Shown here piece after piece: positions 10,493 to 18,411 of a stretch of 64,000 nt of DNA. The translations under genes were made by a program, and so were the position numbers. The DNA lies in assembly GCA_963823665.1 (NCBI GenBank), contig CAWGMQ010000004.1:2688001-2752000 (forward strand), in the 5' to 3' direction. Origin of the DNA: an uncultured Planctomycetota bacterium. Lineage in GTDB: Bacteria > Planctomycetota > Planctomycetia > Isosphaerales > Isosphaeraceae. The stretch's first letter is position 1, and every line of letters begins with the position of its first letter. The notes below the pieces were generated by a model. The model worked only from the letters and a program-made list of their open reading frames with translations, made no database searches and had not been told where the DNA came from.

Positions 10493-11476
10493 TCACAGGC
10501 TGAGCACGATTTTGCCGAACACGTCGTTCGACTCGAGGCGAGCGAGGGCAGGGCGTACCTGGTCGAATGGAAAAACGGAATCAACGATAGGGCGAACGAG
10601 CCGCCGGTCAAGCCATGGGACAACCTGGGACGCAAATCGTTGGGTGGCGGCGATTTTCTCGTCGAGCGGGCGTGCGCGGAGGGTCGTGCCCACGATGGTC
10701 AACCGCTTGCGCAGCATCAGGTTCAAGTCGAGCGGAGCCTGGCTGCCACCGAGCAAGCCAACCAGGACGAGACGACCTTTGGGTGCGATTGCGGCCAGGT
10801 TGCGCTCGAGTGCGTTGCCACCCACCAGGTCAATTATCACGTCAACACCTCTACCAGCCGTCGAAGCTTGGACGGCTTCCGCAAAATCCTGCCGGGAGGT
10901 GTCGATTCCATGATCCAATCCCAGCGCCTTGGTCTGCTCAAGTTTGCTGGCTGTCCGCGAGGTGCCCCAGACTTCGCATCCCATCGCATGGGCGAGCTGG
11001 ACTGCGGCCGTGCCGACGCCGCTGCCAACCGCGTGGATCAGGATACGCTCGCCGGGCGATGTGCGGGCCTGCGTGATGAGCGCGTCGTGCGCGGTGATGA
11101 AGGCTTCGGGGACAGCAGCGGCGCTGGCGAAATCGAGGTTGTCCGGGACGGGGGCAGTGAGGCGCTCGTGGGTGATCACAAACTCAGCCTGGCCACCACC
11201 GCCGACGATGCCGAAAACGCGGTCGCCGGGTTTGATGGGAGTGACGACATCAGGGCCGAGGGCCTCGACTTCGCCGGCAAATTCGAGACCTGGAATGTCG
11301 GCAGGCGAGCCGGGCGGGGCGGGGTACACTCCCTTGCATTGAAGCAAGTCAGCCCGGTTCAACCCGCAGGCGCGAACGCGAATGCGAACCTGGTCGCCCC
11401 GCGGCTCGGGTGTGGCGAGCTCACGAACTTCCAGAACTTCCGGGCCGCCTTTGGCGGTGATGACGATGGCTCTCAT
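10493..11476 (-). CDS. NAD(P)H:quinone oxidoreductase, MDR/PIG3 family
   Basis: GLNRADLLQ..G.YP.PPG, PGLEFAGEV, HAVGSGVGTAA, GKIVL. Confidence 0.92.
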   Translation of the reverse strand: MRAIVITAKGGPEVLEVRELATPEPRGDQVRIRVRACGLNRADLLQCKGVYPAPPGSPADIPGLEFAGEVEALGPDVVTPIKPGDRVFGIVGGGGQAEFVITHERLTAPVPDNLDFASAAAVPEAFITAHDALITQARTSPGERILIHAVGSGVGTAAVQLAHAMGCEVWGTSRTASKLEQTKALGLDHGIDTSRQDFAEAVQASTAGRGVDVIIDLVGGNALERNLAAIAPKGRLVLVGLLGGSQAPLDLNLMLRKRLTIVGTTLRARPLDEKIAATQRFASQVVPWLDRRLVRPIVDSVFPFDQVRPALARLESNDVFGKIVLSL

Positions 11477-11538
11477 GGTTGGTTGCCTTGGGGATCGTCG
11501 AAGTATTCGGGTCGGTAACGATCGATGAACGTGATGAT

Positions 11539-11943
11539 TCAGTGTCGCGGTCGTCCGAAGGCGTGCGAAAGGGCTTTTGTTATTTCGATGATCAGACGAA
11601 GTATGAGGCTCAGTACCAAACCCACGATGAATCCTACGGCGGCGGCCTCGAACGCGTTGGATGCCAGTGTGGTGATCGCCTCGACGAGCGACGAAGCACG
11701 AGGCGCGGCATACCATAAGCCCCATCCGATGCTCAGCAACGCGGAAAATGCCGATTCGGAAAATGCGCCACCGAAGATATCCAAGCCGCCGTTAGCGCGG
11801 CTGATGAGGAAACCGGGGAGGAAAAGCATGAAATATGCGAGGAGTAAACCGACAGGTGATCGCAGCAAGGCGAAACAAAGGGCACACAAGGCGACGATGG
11901 CGACCAGCCGCCGGATCGTGAACTGAAAGCGTGGAAGTCGCAT
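11539..11943 (-). CDS. Small membrane protein with planctomycete-type 'RFQFTIRRL' N-terminus
   Basis: Several hydrophobic helices; MRLPRFQFTIRRLVAIVA start. Confidence 0.6.
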   Translation of the reverse strand: MRLPRFQFTIRRLVAIVALCALCFALLRSPVGLLLAYFMLFLPGFLISRANGGLDIFGGAFSESAFSALLSIGWGLWYAAPRASSLVEAITTLASNAFEAAAVGFIVGLVLSLILRLIIEITKALSHAFGRPRH

Positions 11944-12030
11944 ACCCAATACTACAATCCCGCGTTTCGACTTGAGAACGTACAATGTAGCGACGCGAAT
12001 CGAGAGACTTCATCTGTGTCTGACTGATCG

Positions 12031-12876
12031 ATGATGAGCTCGGACAAACTCAACATGATGAACGGCGGCAACGGTCTGGTGTGCCCTGCGCTGCGCGAAT
12101 GGACGCCTGGCGGCCCAGTCTCCGGACTGGACGGGGATGAGATCGGTGTGTGGGTGGTGGAGCTGGACGCTGGGCTCGAGAGCCAGGCGGAGATTGACGG
12201 GGCAGAGCCGGGCCGTGAGCTTAAGGTGCTCGATGCGGAGGAGCGGGCGCGAGCGGCACGGTTTGTGCGGGCGCGGGACCGCAGGCGGTTTGCTCGTTGC
12301 CGATCGGCGTTGCGCGAGATACTGGGCGGCCTGGTTTGTGAGCAGCCGGAGGCGCTGCGGTTCCGAGCTGTGGCGCGGGGCAAACCCGAGCTGGATTTCC
12401 CCAACATCGACGGGAGAGAGCCGCCTGTTCGATTCAACGTCTCTCATTCATCCGAGCTCGCGGTGATTGCGGTCTGTCGCAGCCGGGAGCTGGGGGTTGA
12501 CGTTGAGCAGGTCAGGGCTATCGGCGAAGCCGAGCGGATCGTGGAATCCTTTTTCTCAGCGAACGAGCTGGCTGAGTTCGGCAGGATTGGCCCCGAGAAG
12601 AAAGCGATGGCGTTCCTCCGGGGGTGGACGCGCAAAGAGGCAATCCTTAAAGGGTTAGGCGTCGGAATCGCGGGACTGGCGGACCGTCATGAGACGGGAT
12701 TCGGGACTGGTGAGGTCACGGCTCGATTCTCTCCGGCGCTGCCGAACTGGCGCGTTGGGGCGTGGCAGCTCTGGGAGGCGTCTCCGCGCAGTGGCTTCGT
12801 GGCAACCGTTGCGTGCCGGGTGGATGCGATGGATGGCGATGCTGCAAGGACTGGGGGGCCGAATTCATGTGGTTAG
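12031..12876 (+). CDS. Sfp-type 4'-phosphopantetheinyl transferase
   Basis: GKPEL, FNVSHS, LGVDVE, WTRKEAILKGLG motifs; start uncertain. Confidence 0.92.
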   Translation: MMSSDKLNMMNGGNGLVCPALREWTPGGPVSGLDGDEIGVWVVELDAGLESQAEIDGAEPGRELKVLDAEERARAARFVRARDRRRFARCRSALREILGGLVCEQPEALRFRAVARGKPELDFPNIDGREPPVRFNVSHSSELAVIAVCRSRELGVDVEQVRAIGEAERIVESFFSANELAEFGRIGPEKKAMAFLRGWTRKEAILKGLGVGIAGLADRHETGFGTGEVTARFSPALPNWRVGAWQLWEASPRSGFVATVACRVDAMDGDAARTGGPNSCG

Positions 12877-13703
12877 TGTTCCTCGGTCTTTGCGTCCTGG
12901 CGATTTATGTCGTCATCCGCCTGATGACCAATCTGAGCGCGTGGATCACGGGTGCGCGGTATCGGGCGTACCGGCAGGTTGCGGCGCGGTATCGGGGGCG
13001 TTACGAGACGCGAGGGCTCTCCGACCCGCCAACGGTCAGTTTCACGCACAACGGCGCGACGGTGAGGGTGGGCCTGGCGCCGACGATTCAGGGCCAACCG
13101 GGCCAGATTCCACGCACTCGCGTAGTCGCGCGGTTTGGCCAGGGAATTCCGTTCCGCATGGAGCTGGCGCCGGTGGCGCGACCGGCACCGCCGCAGTCGC
13201 CGCGGGCGACCCGGCCCGTGACGACGGGTGACCGGGAATTCGACAACGGGTACGTGGTCCGGGCCAACGACGTGGAGATGTCTCGCGACTTCCTGAACTC
13301 AACGATTCGCTCCACGGTGGCCGGTTTACAGCAGTTGGTTCATCGTGGTGGGATGCTGATCTCGATCAATCCAGAGCGGATGCTCGTGCAGGTGGACCGC
13401 AATCTAGGGACGAGCACGGAGCATCTTGCGTGGGTGGTCGAGCAAGCCCTGGTGCTGCACGACCGCCTGATTGAATCGGTGACGCGGCGAATGGGCGAAG
13501 GGGTGGACATCGTCGAGGAAGCCGAATCGTGGCCGGAGGATCAGGGTACGCCCACGTGCAAGGTTTGCGGCGACCCGATTGACGAAAGTGAGATCATCGT
13601 GTGTGCATCGTGTAACACTCCGCACCATCGTAACTGCTGGGAGTACAACGGTAATGCTTGCTCGATCTATGGGTGCAACGGCAAGGTCGGTGTCAGGGAG
13701 TGA
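12867..13703 (+). CDS. Membrane-anchored protein with C-terminal prokaryotic RING finger (candidate E3 ligase)
   Basis: N-terminal TM (MWLVFLGLCVLAIYVVI); C-terminal CKVC-x11-CASC-x3-HRNCW-x6-CSIYGC at 13557-13676. Confidence 0.8.
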   Translation: MWLVFLGLCVLAIYVVIRLMTNLSAWITGARYRAYRQVAARYRGRYETRGLSDPPTVSFTHNGATVRVGLAPTIQGQPGQIPRTRVVARFGQGIPFRMELAPVARPAPPQSPRATRPVTTGDREFDNGYVVRANDVEMSRDFLNSTIRSTVAGLQQLVHRGGMLISINPERMLVQVDRNLGTSTEHLAWVVEQALVLHDRLIESVTRRMGEGVDIVEEAESWPEDQGTPTCKVCGDPIDESEIIVCASCNTPHHRNCWEYNGNACSIYGCNGKVGVRE

Positions 13704-13738
13704 TTCTTTTGCAGCTTGAACCTATCAGGGAGCCCGAC

Positions 13739-14156
13739 ATGTCGAAAATGCGAGGAGCCCGGTGGCTGGCACCGGGTTTAGTTCTATTCGGTCTGCTGGT
13801 GGCCGGGGCGCCTTCGGCCGAGCCTTCGAAGGCCGAGGAGCGTCGGGAAAGCTCGACTTGAGGCGGCCAAAAAACAGTACGACGAAACCTGGGCGTACTA
13901 TCAGCAAGCCCGCATAGATTCCTATCAGGTTTATGTGTGGTCGCGCATCATGCTCGATTGCCGGCGGGAAATGGCGCCGAAGGCCGCCGACAGGCTGGTT
14001 GCGCTCGAGGAGCACCTGGCGCGGATGAAGAAGTTGGAGTCGCTGATTTCGCGGGTGCGCCGTCTGGGGTTTGGTCGTTCCTACGACGTAGGTGCTGCGG
14101 AATACTACCGATTGGAGGCAGAGCACTGGCTGGAGCTGGAACGTGCGCGTAAGTGA
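13739..14156 (+). CDS. Secreted helical hypothetical protein, frameshift near 13850
   Basis: Signal peptide MSKMRGARWLAPGLVLFGLLVAGA in one frame; helical domain ...VWSRIML...EEHLARMKKLE...EYYRLEAEHWL in another. Confidence 0.6.
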
Positions 14157-14325
14157 ACCGAGCAAAATCGGCGATAAGGAGTTTCGAGTTGGCGCGAAGA
14201 GCGTTATCCTGGTGGAAGGATCGCCGGACGGGTGATCTGGAGGCGAGCTGGGCTACTGAAAAGGCCGGGCTCTTCTCAATATTCAGCGGTGGCGGCCGAA
14301 GAGATGCTGAGGAGGTATACTGACC

Positions 14326-14628
14326 ATGTCATACGGCGGAACAGCCGATCCCAGCGGAATCCAGGTGACATTCCTGGACCAGACCGGCGCGAAGTCGGTC
14401 AAAGCGGTCATCGCCTTCAGCGTGCCCGTCAGCCGGATCATCCCCAATATCATTACCAAGATGAGTTTGCCCGCGACCAGTCCTGACGGGCAGCCGATGA
14501 GCTACTCCCTTGACCATAAAGAGGGTGGCCGGCGACTGCTTGAGAACTGGACGCTGGTTGAGGGGGGGGTCCAGAACGGCGACCACCTGATTGTGTATCC
14601 CGAGGTTGTAGCAGGACGGATTTGTTGA
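14326..14628 (+). CDS. Ubiquitin-like beta-grasp protein (YukD/EsaB-like) with C-terminal VAG-RIC
   Basis: 100 aa; 'GRRLLENWTLVEGGVQNGDHLIVYPEVVAG' parallels the ubiquitin C-terminal half ([24 protein letters not shown]); GAGGAGG RBS; next to E2/E1/JAB. Confidence 0.85.
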   Translation: MSYGGTADPSGIQVTFLDQTGAKSVKAVIAFSVPVSRIIPNIITKMSLPATSPDGQPMSYSLDHKEGGRRLLENWTLVEGGVQNGDHLIVYPEVVAGRIC

Positions 14629-14752
14629 GGCCCAGCGTGGGTGCCGCGATTAGCTCGCGGCGCGCAGCAATGGTGCACGACAACTCTCGGCCCGCGCTCG
14701 ACTTCGATGCACCGGGAGGCCTCCGCAGGGGCCGAGGGGCGATCGCACGACC

Positions 14753-15610
14753 ATGTATCAATCTCCTCGCATGCGCCGCCTGCGAAACGATTTGGCGGCG
14801 CTAGAACGACTTCAATCGGAAAGCAGTGTCTTTCGCTTCAAAGCCCACGGCAAGCCGGCGCATCATTTCCTTATCCATTTAGTGGGTAAGAGTTTATACC
14901 GTTTGCGCGGCCAGGTGATGGCGCACGACGACCATCGCGTCGAGATCAAGCTCGGTGCGTCGTATCCGCGCACGATCCCGGAAATCCGCTGGATCACGCC
15001 GATCTATCACCCGAACATCTCCGAGATCGGGATGGTTTGCCTGGGTGGGTATGGAACGCACTGGGTGCCGAGCGTGCAGCTCGACGAGCTGTGCAACATG
15101 CTGTGGGACATGGCGCGGTATCACAACTACGACATCCGAAGCCCTTATAACCGAGATGCAGCGCTCTGGGTTGCGAGCCAGACGAAATTCCTGTTCCCGA
15201 CTGATCCACGACCGCTGCGAGACCTTCGGGCCGCGCTGGGCCGGGTCGAGCCAGCGATGGACGCGGCATCGGGGCCCAAGCATGCGGGGGGGGACGATCA
15301 CACGAACGGCTCGTCGAATTCGACTGCGAGTGATCCGGAGGGCGGCGAAACCACGCCGACTCGGGTTCGCCAGTTCATGAATCGCTATGGCGGCATTTTC
15401 GCCAAGAGTCCAGGCCGGCGGGGCGGTGATCAAGGCGAGCGGGCCGATGATCGAGACGAGATCACCAGGCCTGCTGCAGCGGGTTCGGCGCCGATCGCGA
15501 GCGCTGCGGCCGTGCCGCAGCGAGATGACGAAGAGATCATTCTTCTCGAGTCGGCCAGTGCGGCCGATCACAGGCGTGAGGGTGTCGACGGGATCACGTT
15601 CATCGAGTAA
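14753..15610 (+). CDS. Ubiquitin-conjugating enzyme E2-like protein with disordered acidic C-terminal tail
   Basis: RRLRNDL helix, YPRTIPEIRWITPIYHPNISEIGMVCL (HPN triad, catalytic Cys codon 15038-15040), HWVPS, SPYNRDAA. Confidence 0.92.
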   Translation: MYQSPRMRRLRNDLAALERLQSESSVFRFKAHGKPAHHFLIHLVGKSLYRLRGQVMAHDDHRVEIKLGASYPRTIPEIRWITPIYHPNISEIGMVCLGGYGTHWVPSVQLDELCNMLWDMARYHNYDIRSPYNRDAALWVASQTKFLFPTDPRPLRDLRAALGRVEPAMDAASGPKHAGGDDHTNGSSNSTASDPEGGETTPTRVRQFMNRYGGIFAKSPGRRGGDQGERADDRDEITRPAAAGSAPIASAAAVPQRDDEEIILLESASAADHRREGVDGITFIE

Positions 15611-15721
15611 CGTGAGACGCCGTGCGCCGTTGTGGGTGGATGCGATTGCGGAATTTCGCGCCGGTCACTCGCGCGACGGGGGACGGCCGGTGAATTCAAC
15701 GGGCCGCGGCGAGGAGTCGTG

Positions 15722-16984
15722 ATGGCGGACGAGCGACCCATGGAATCAACCGGTCAAGCTCCGGCTCCCGGGGCGACCGGCGCCGGGCAGGGAGCGGAAG
15801 GCAATGCCCTTGCCAGTCCCATGGTCATCGACGACCAGGACCGGTACAGCAGCCTTCGATTGATCTCGTGGTGGCGGCAGGATCGGCTGCGCTCGGCGAG
15901 CGTGCTCGTCGTCGGCGCCGGGGCTCTGGGCAATGAGGTCATGAAGAACCTGGCTCTGCTCGGATTGGGGACGATCTACCTGGTCGACTTCGATACGATT
16001 GAAGCCTCAAATCTTTCGCGATCGGTTTTATTTCGCGATTCGGACGCCGGGCGCCCCAAGGCGATGGTGGCCGCACAGCGGGCGCGCGAGCTCAATCCGG
16101 AGGTGACGATCATACCGATTCACGGTGACGTCATCGTGGACATCGGACTGGGGCTCTTTCACGACGTTGATCTGGTGATCGGCTGCCTCGACAACCGGGA
16201 AGCCCGGCTGTGGGTGAATCGCCAGTGCTGGAAAACGGGCACGCCGTGGATCGATGCGGGCATTCAGGAGATTCAAGGGGTGGTCAAGGTTTTCGTCCCG
16301 CCGGATTCGTCATGCTACGAGTGCGCGATGACCGAGCGCGATTATCAGCTTCTCAACCGCCGGTATAGCTGCCCACTACTCTCACGCGATGAGATCCTCT
16401 CGGGCAAAGTGCCGACGGCCCCGACGATCGCTTCGATGATGGCGGCGCTTCAAGTACAGGAAGCGCTCAAGCTCTTGCACGGCATGCCGGTCGCTGCGGG
16501 ATCGGCTCTTGTGTACAACGGAGTAGCGAACCAGTTCTATTCCACGCGGTTACCGTTCCGGGACGACTGCTTGAGCCACGAGACCTACCCGGCGGCGGTT
16601 GAGCTTCCGCTGGGTCAGAAGCAGACGGTGCGGGAGCTTTTCGAGGCAGTGGGGCCACGTCTTGATGGCCGGCTGCACCTGGTGCTCGAGCGGGAGCTGG
16701 TTGTGGCGATCGAATGCCCGCGATGCGATTGGCGCAGGGAGGTGATGCGGCCGCGGGTGAAGGTGAAGTCATCGGAAGCCGAGTGCCCGAGCTGCCGGGA
16801 ACCAGCACGGCCAACGTTCGAGAGCGGCATCGAGGCGGATTCACCGCTTGTTGCTTGCTCGCTTTCGCGAGTTGGAATTCCACCTTACGATATCGTGAGG
16901 GTGGACGGGGAAAGCGAGTCGGGATTCTTCCTGCTGGCCGCTGATCGGGAAGACGGCAAGACGGGCTGGGGGTCAGGCGGTTGA
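15722..16984 (+). CDS. E1-like ThiF/UBA activating enzyme with C-terminal Zn-binding domain
   Basis: DRYS, VVGAGALGNE, DFDTIEASNLSRS, CLDNREAR, CYEC, YSCPLL (putative catalytic Cys 16370-16372), CPRC...CPSC. Confidence 0.92.
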   Translation: MADERPMESTGQAPAPGATGAGQGAEGNALASPMVIDDQDRYSSLRLISWWRQDRLRSASVLVVGAGALGNEVMKNLALLGLGTIYLVDFDTIEASNLSRSVLFRDSDAGRPKAMVAAQRARELNPEVTIIPIHGDVIVDIGLGLFHDVDLVIGCLDNREARLWVNRQCWKTGTPWIDAGIQEIQGVVKVFVPPDSSCYECAMTERDYQLLNRRYSCPLLSRDEILSGKVPTAPTIASMMAALQVQEALKLLHGMPVAAGSALVYNGVANQFYSTRLPFRDDCLSHETYPAAVELPLGQKQTVRELFEAVGPRLDGRLHLVLERELVVAIECPRCDWRREVMRPRVKVKSSEAECPSCREPARPTFESGIEADSPLVACSLSRVGIPPYDIVRVDGESESGFFLLAADREDGKTGWGSGG

Positions 16985-18387
16985 ACGGCGATGAAATCAC
17001 TTTCGGCGATGTGCGGGTTCGCGAGCCGGAGCGGCGCGCGCGGCCGGATCGGGACCGGCGATTTGCATCCGTTGCCTATGAAGTGCCGGGCGCGGCCGAC
17101 CTGCCGATCTTTCTCGATCGCCGCGCGGCGGACGCGATCGAACGGCACGCTCTCTCCGACACGTCGGTCGAGCTGGGTGGAATTCTGCTGGGCAAGGAAT
17201 GCCTCGACACGGCAACTGGACAGGCTTTCGTGTGGGTGAATCAGTCGCTCGAGGCCAAACACTACGCGAATACTCAGGCCAGCTTCACTTATACTCACGA
17301 TTCATGGGAAGAGATCACTCGAGAGCGCGACCAGCGGTTTCCGCAGTACGACATCGTCGGCTGGTATCACACGCATCCCAACTTCGGAATCTTTCTCTCG
17401 CACCACGATTTATTTATTCATCACAACTTTTTTTCACAGGCACTGCAAGTTGCCTACGTTGTTGACCCAATCAACCAGACTCGCGGTTTTTTCCAGTGGC
17501 GCGACGGCGGAATGGCGCAGGTGCAGGGTTACTACCTCACGGCGGATCGCGGCGATCGGATAGCACTGGCGAGGCTTGCGAACGACCTCGAGCAGCTTCC
17601 GAATGCGGAAGGCGGCTCGGGGGGAGCCTTTTCACCTCGCCTCGAAGCGGAGCTGATCAAGATGCTTACAAGAACTGGGCAGCGCGACGTCCATTCGCCG
17701 GTTGAGAGACTCCAGTTTGCCACTGTCTATGGCCTACTGGGGATTTTCCTCGGCGTGATGGGGCTGGCCACCGTGCTCTGGCTGAGCCAGCTTCTGGGCC
17801 AGATTCAGGCGATGAAGGAATCGATTCAGACTCGAGCGCGTGTGGACGAGGAATCAGCCGCGCGCGTGCGGCTGATGAGTGACGCTTTGCTGGAGCGAGC
17901 GGTCAAGGACCCTGTTGACTTCGTCGCGTTGTACGAGAAGAAGAAAAAAGAGCTAGATGACGTAGAGAAGCGAGCGGGAAGCTTAAGCACTTCAGTCGTA
18001 GAACTCGGGAGGGATCTGAAGCGCGAGCAGAAAGACAACGAGCGTCTGGTCAAGGAGCTTTCCGTTTCGAACGAGAAACTCGTGAAGGCCGAGGAGAAAG
18101 CCGCTGGAGCGGCGGAACTGAACTCGCGGGTTGTGGAGGTGGAAAAAGAGCGGGACACGCAGCAGCAGGAGCTCGCGGAGCTGAAGGAGCGGATAGACCC
18201 CGAAACCGGCCAAGTTGCTCTGGCAATGAAGCGCAAGCTGGATCGCACCCAATACATGATGTATGGGGGCTGGGCGTGCAGCGCGTTTCTCGGTGTCGCA
18301 ATCGCGGCCGCGTACTTCCTGCTCAAACCCGTTCCGAGCGTCCCCCTTGAGGATGACAAAGAGCGTCCCGCGCACCGGATCGAGTAA
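16981..18387 (+). CDS. JAB/MPN+ (JAMM) metallopeptidase with two TM helices flanking a coiled coil
   Basis: VELGGILLG and VGWYHTHPNFGIFLSHHD (E...HxH-x7-S-x2-D); TM ~17716-17785 and ~18252-18325; TTG start overlaps E1 stop. Confidence 0.9.
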   Translation: MNGDEITFGDVRVREPERRARPDRDRRFASVAYEVPGAADLPIFLDRRAADAIERHALSDTSVELGGILLGKECLDTATGQAFVWVNQSLEAKHYANTQASFTYTHDSWEEITRERDQRFPQYDIVGWYHTHPNFGIFLSHHDLFIHHNFFSQALQVAYVVDPINQTRGFFQWRDGGMAQVQGYYLTADRGDRIALARLANDLEQLPNAEGGSGGAFSPRLEAELIKMLTRTGQRDVHSPVERLQFATVYGLLGIFLGVMGLATVLWLSQLLGQIQAMKESIQTRARVDEESAARVRLMSDALLERAVKDPVDFVALYEKKKKELDDVEKRAGSLSTSVVELGRDLKREQKDNERLVKELSVSNEKLVKAEEKAAGAAELNSRVVEVEKERDTQQQELAELKERIDPETGQVALAMKRKLDRTQYMMYGGWACSAFLGVAIAAAYFLLKPVPSVPLEDDKERPAHRIE

Positions 18388-18411
18388 GATCGATGCCCGA
18401 ACACAGGACAG

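Noticed and set aside
14614..14628. Ubl tail as a CAAX prenylation signal processed by the Ste24-like protease
   Set aside because: Cys is the last residue (GRIC), not fourth from the end, and no prenyltransferase is seen
14326..14628. Type VII secretion YukD/EsaB component
   Set aside because: No EssC/FtsK ATPase or WXG100 genes in the window; the context is E2/E1/JAB
14326..16984. Ubl plus ThiF as a ThiS/MoaD sulfur-carrier system for cofactor biosynthesis
   Set aside because: An E2 with catalytic Cys lies between them, the E1 has no rhodanese domain, and no thiamine, molybdopterin or cysteine-synthase genes are adjacent
14326..18387. CBASS or Pycsar type II (Cap2/Cap3)
   Set aside because: No CD-NTase, cyclase or effector gene; E1 and E2 are separate and a dedicated Ubl is present
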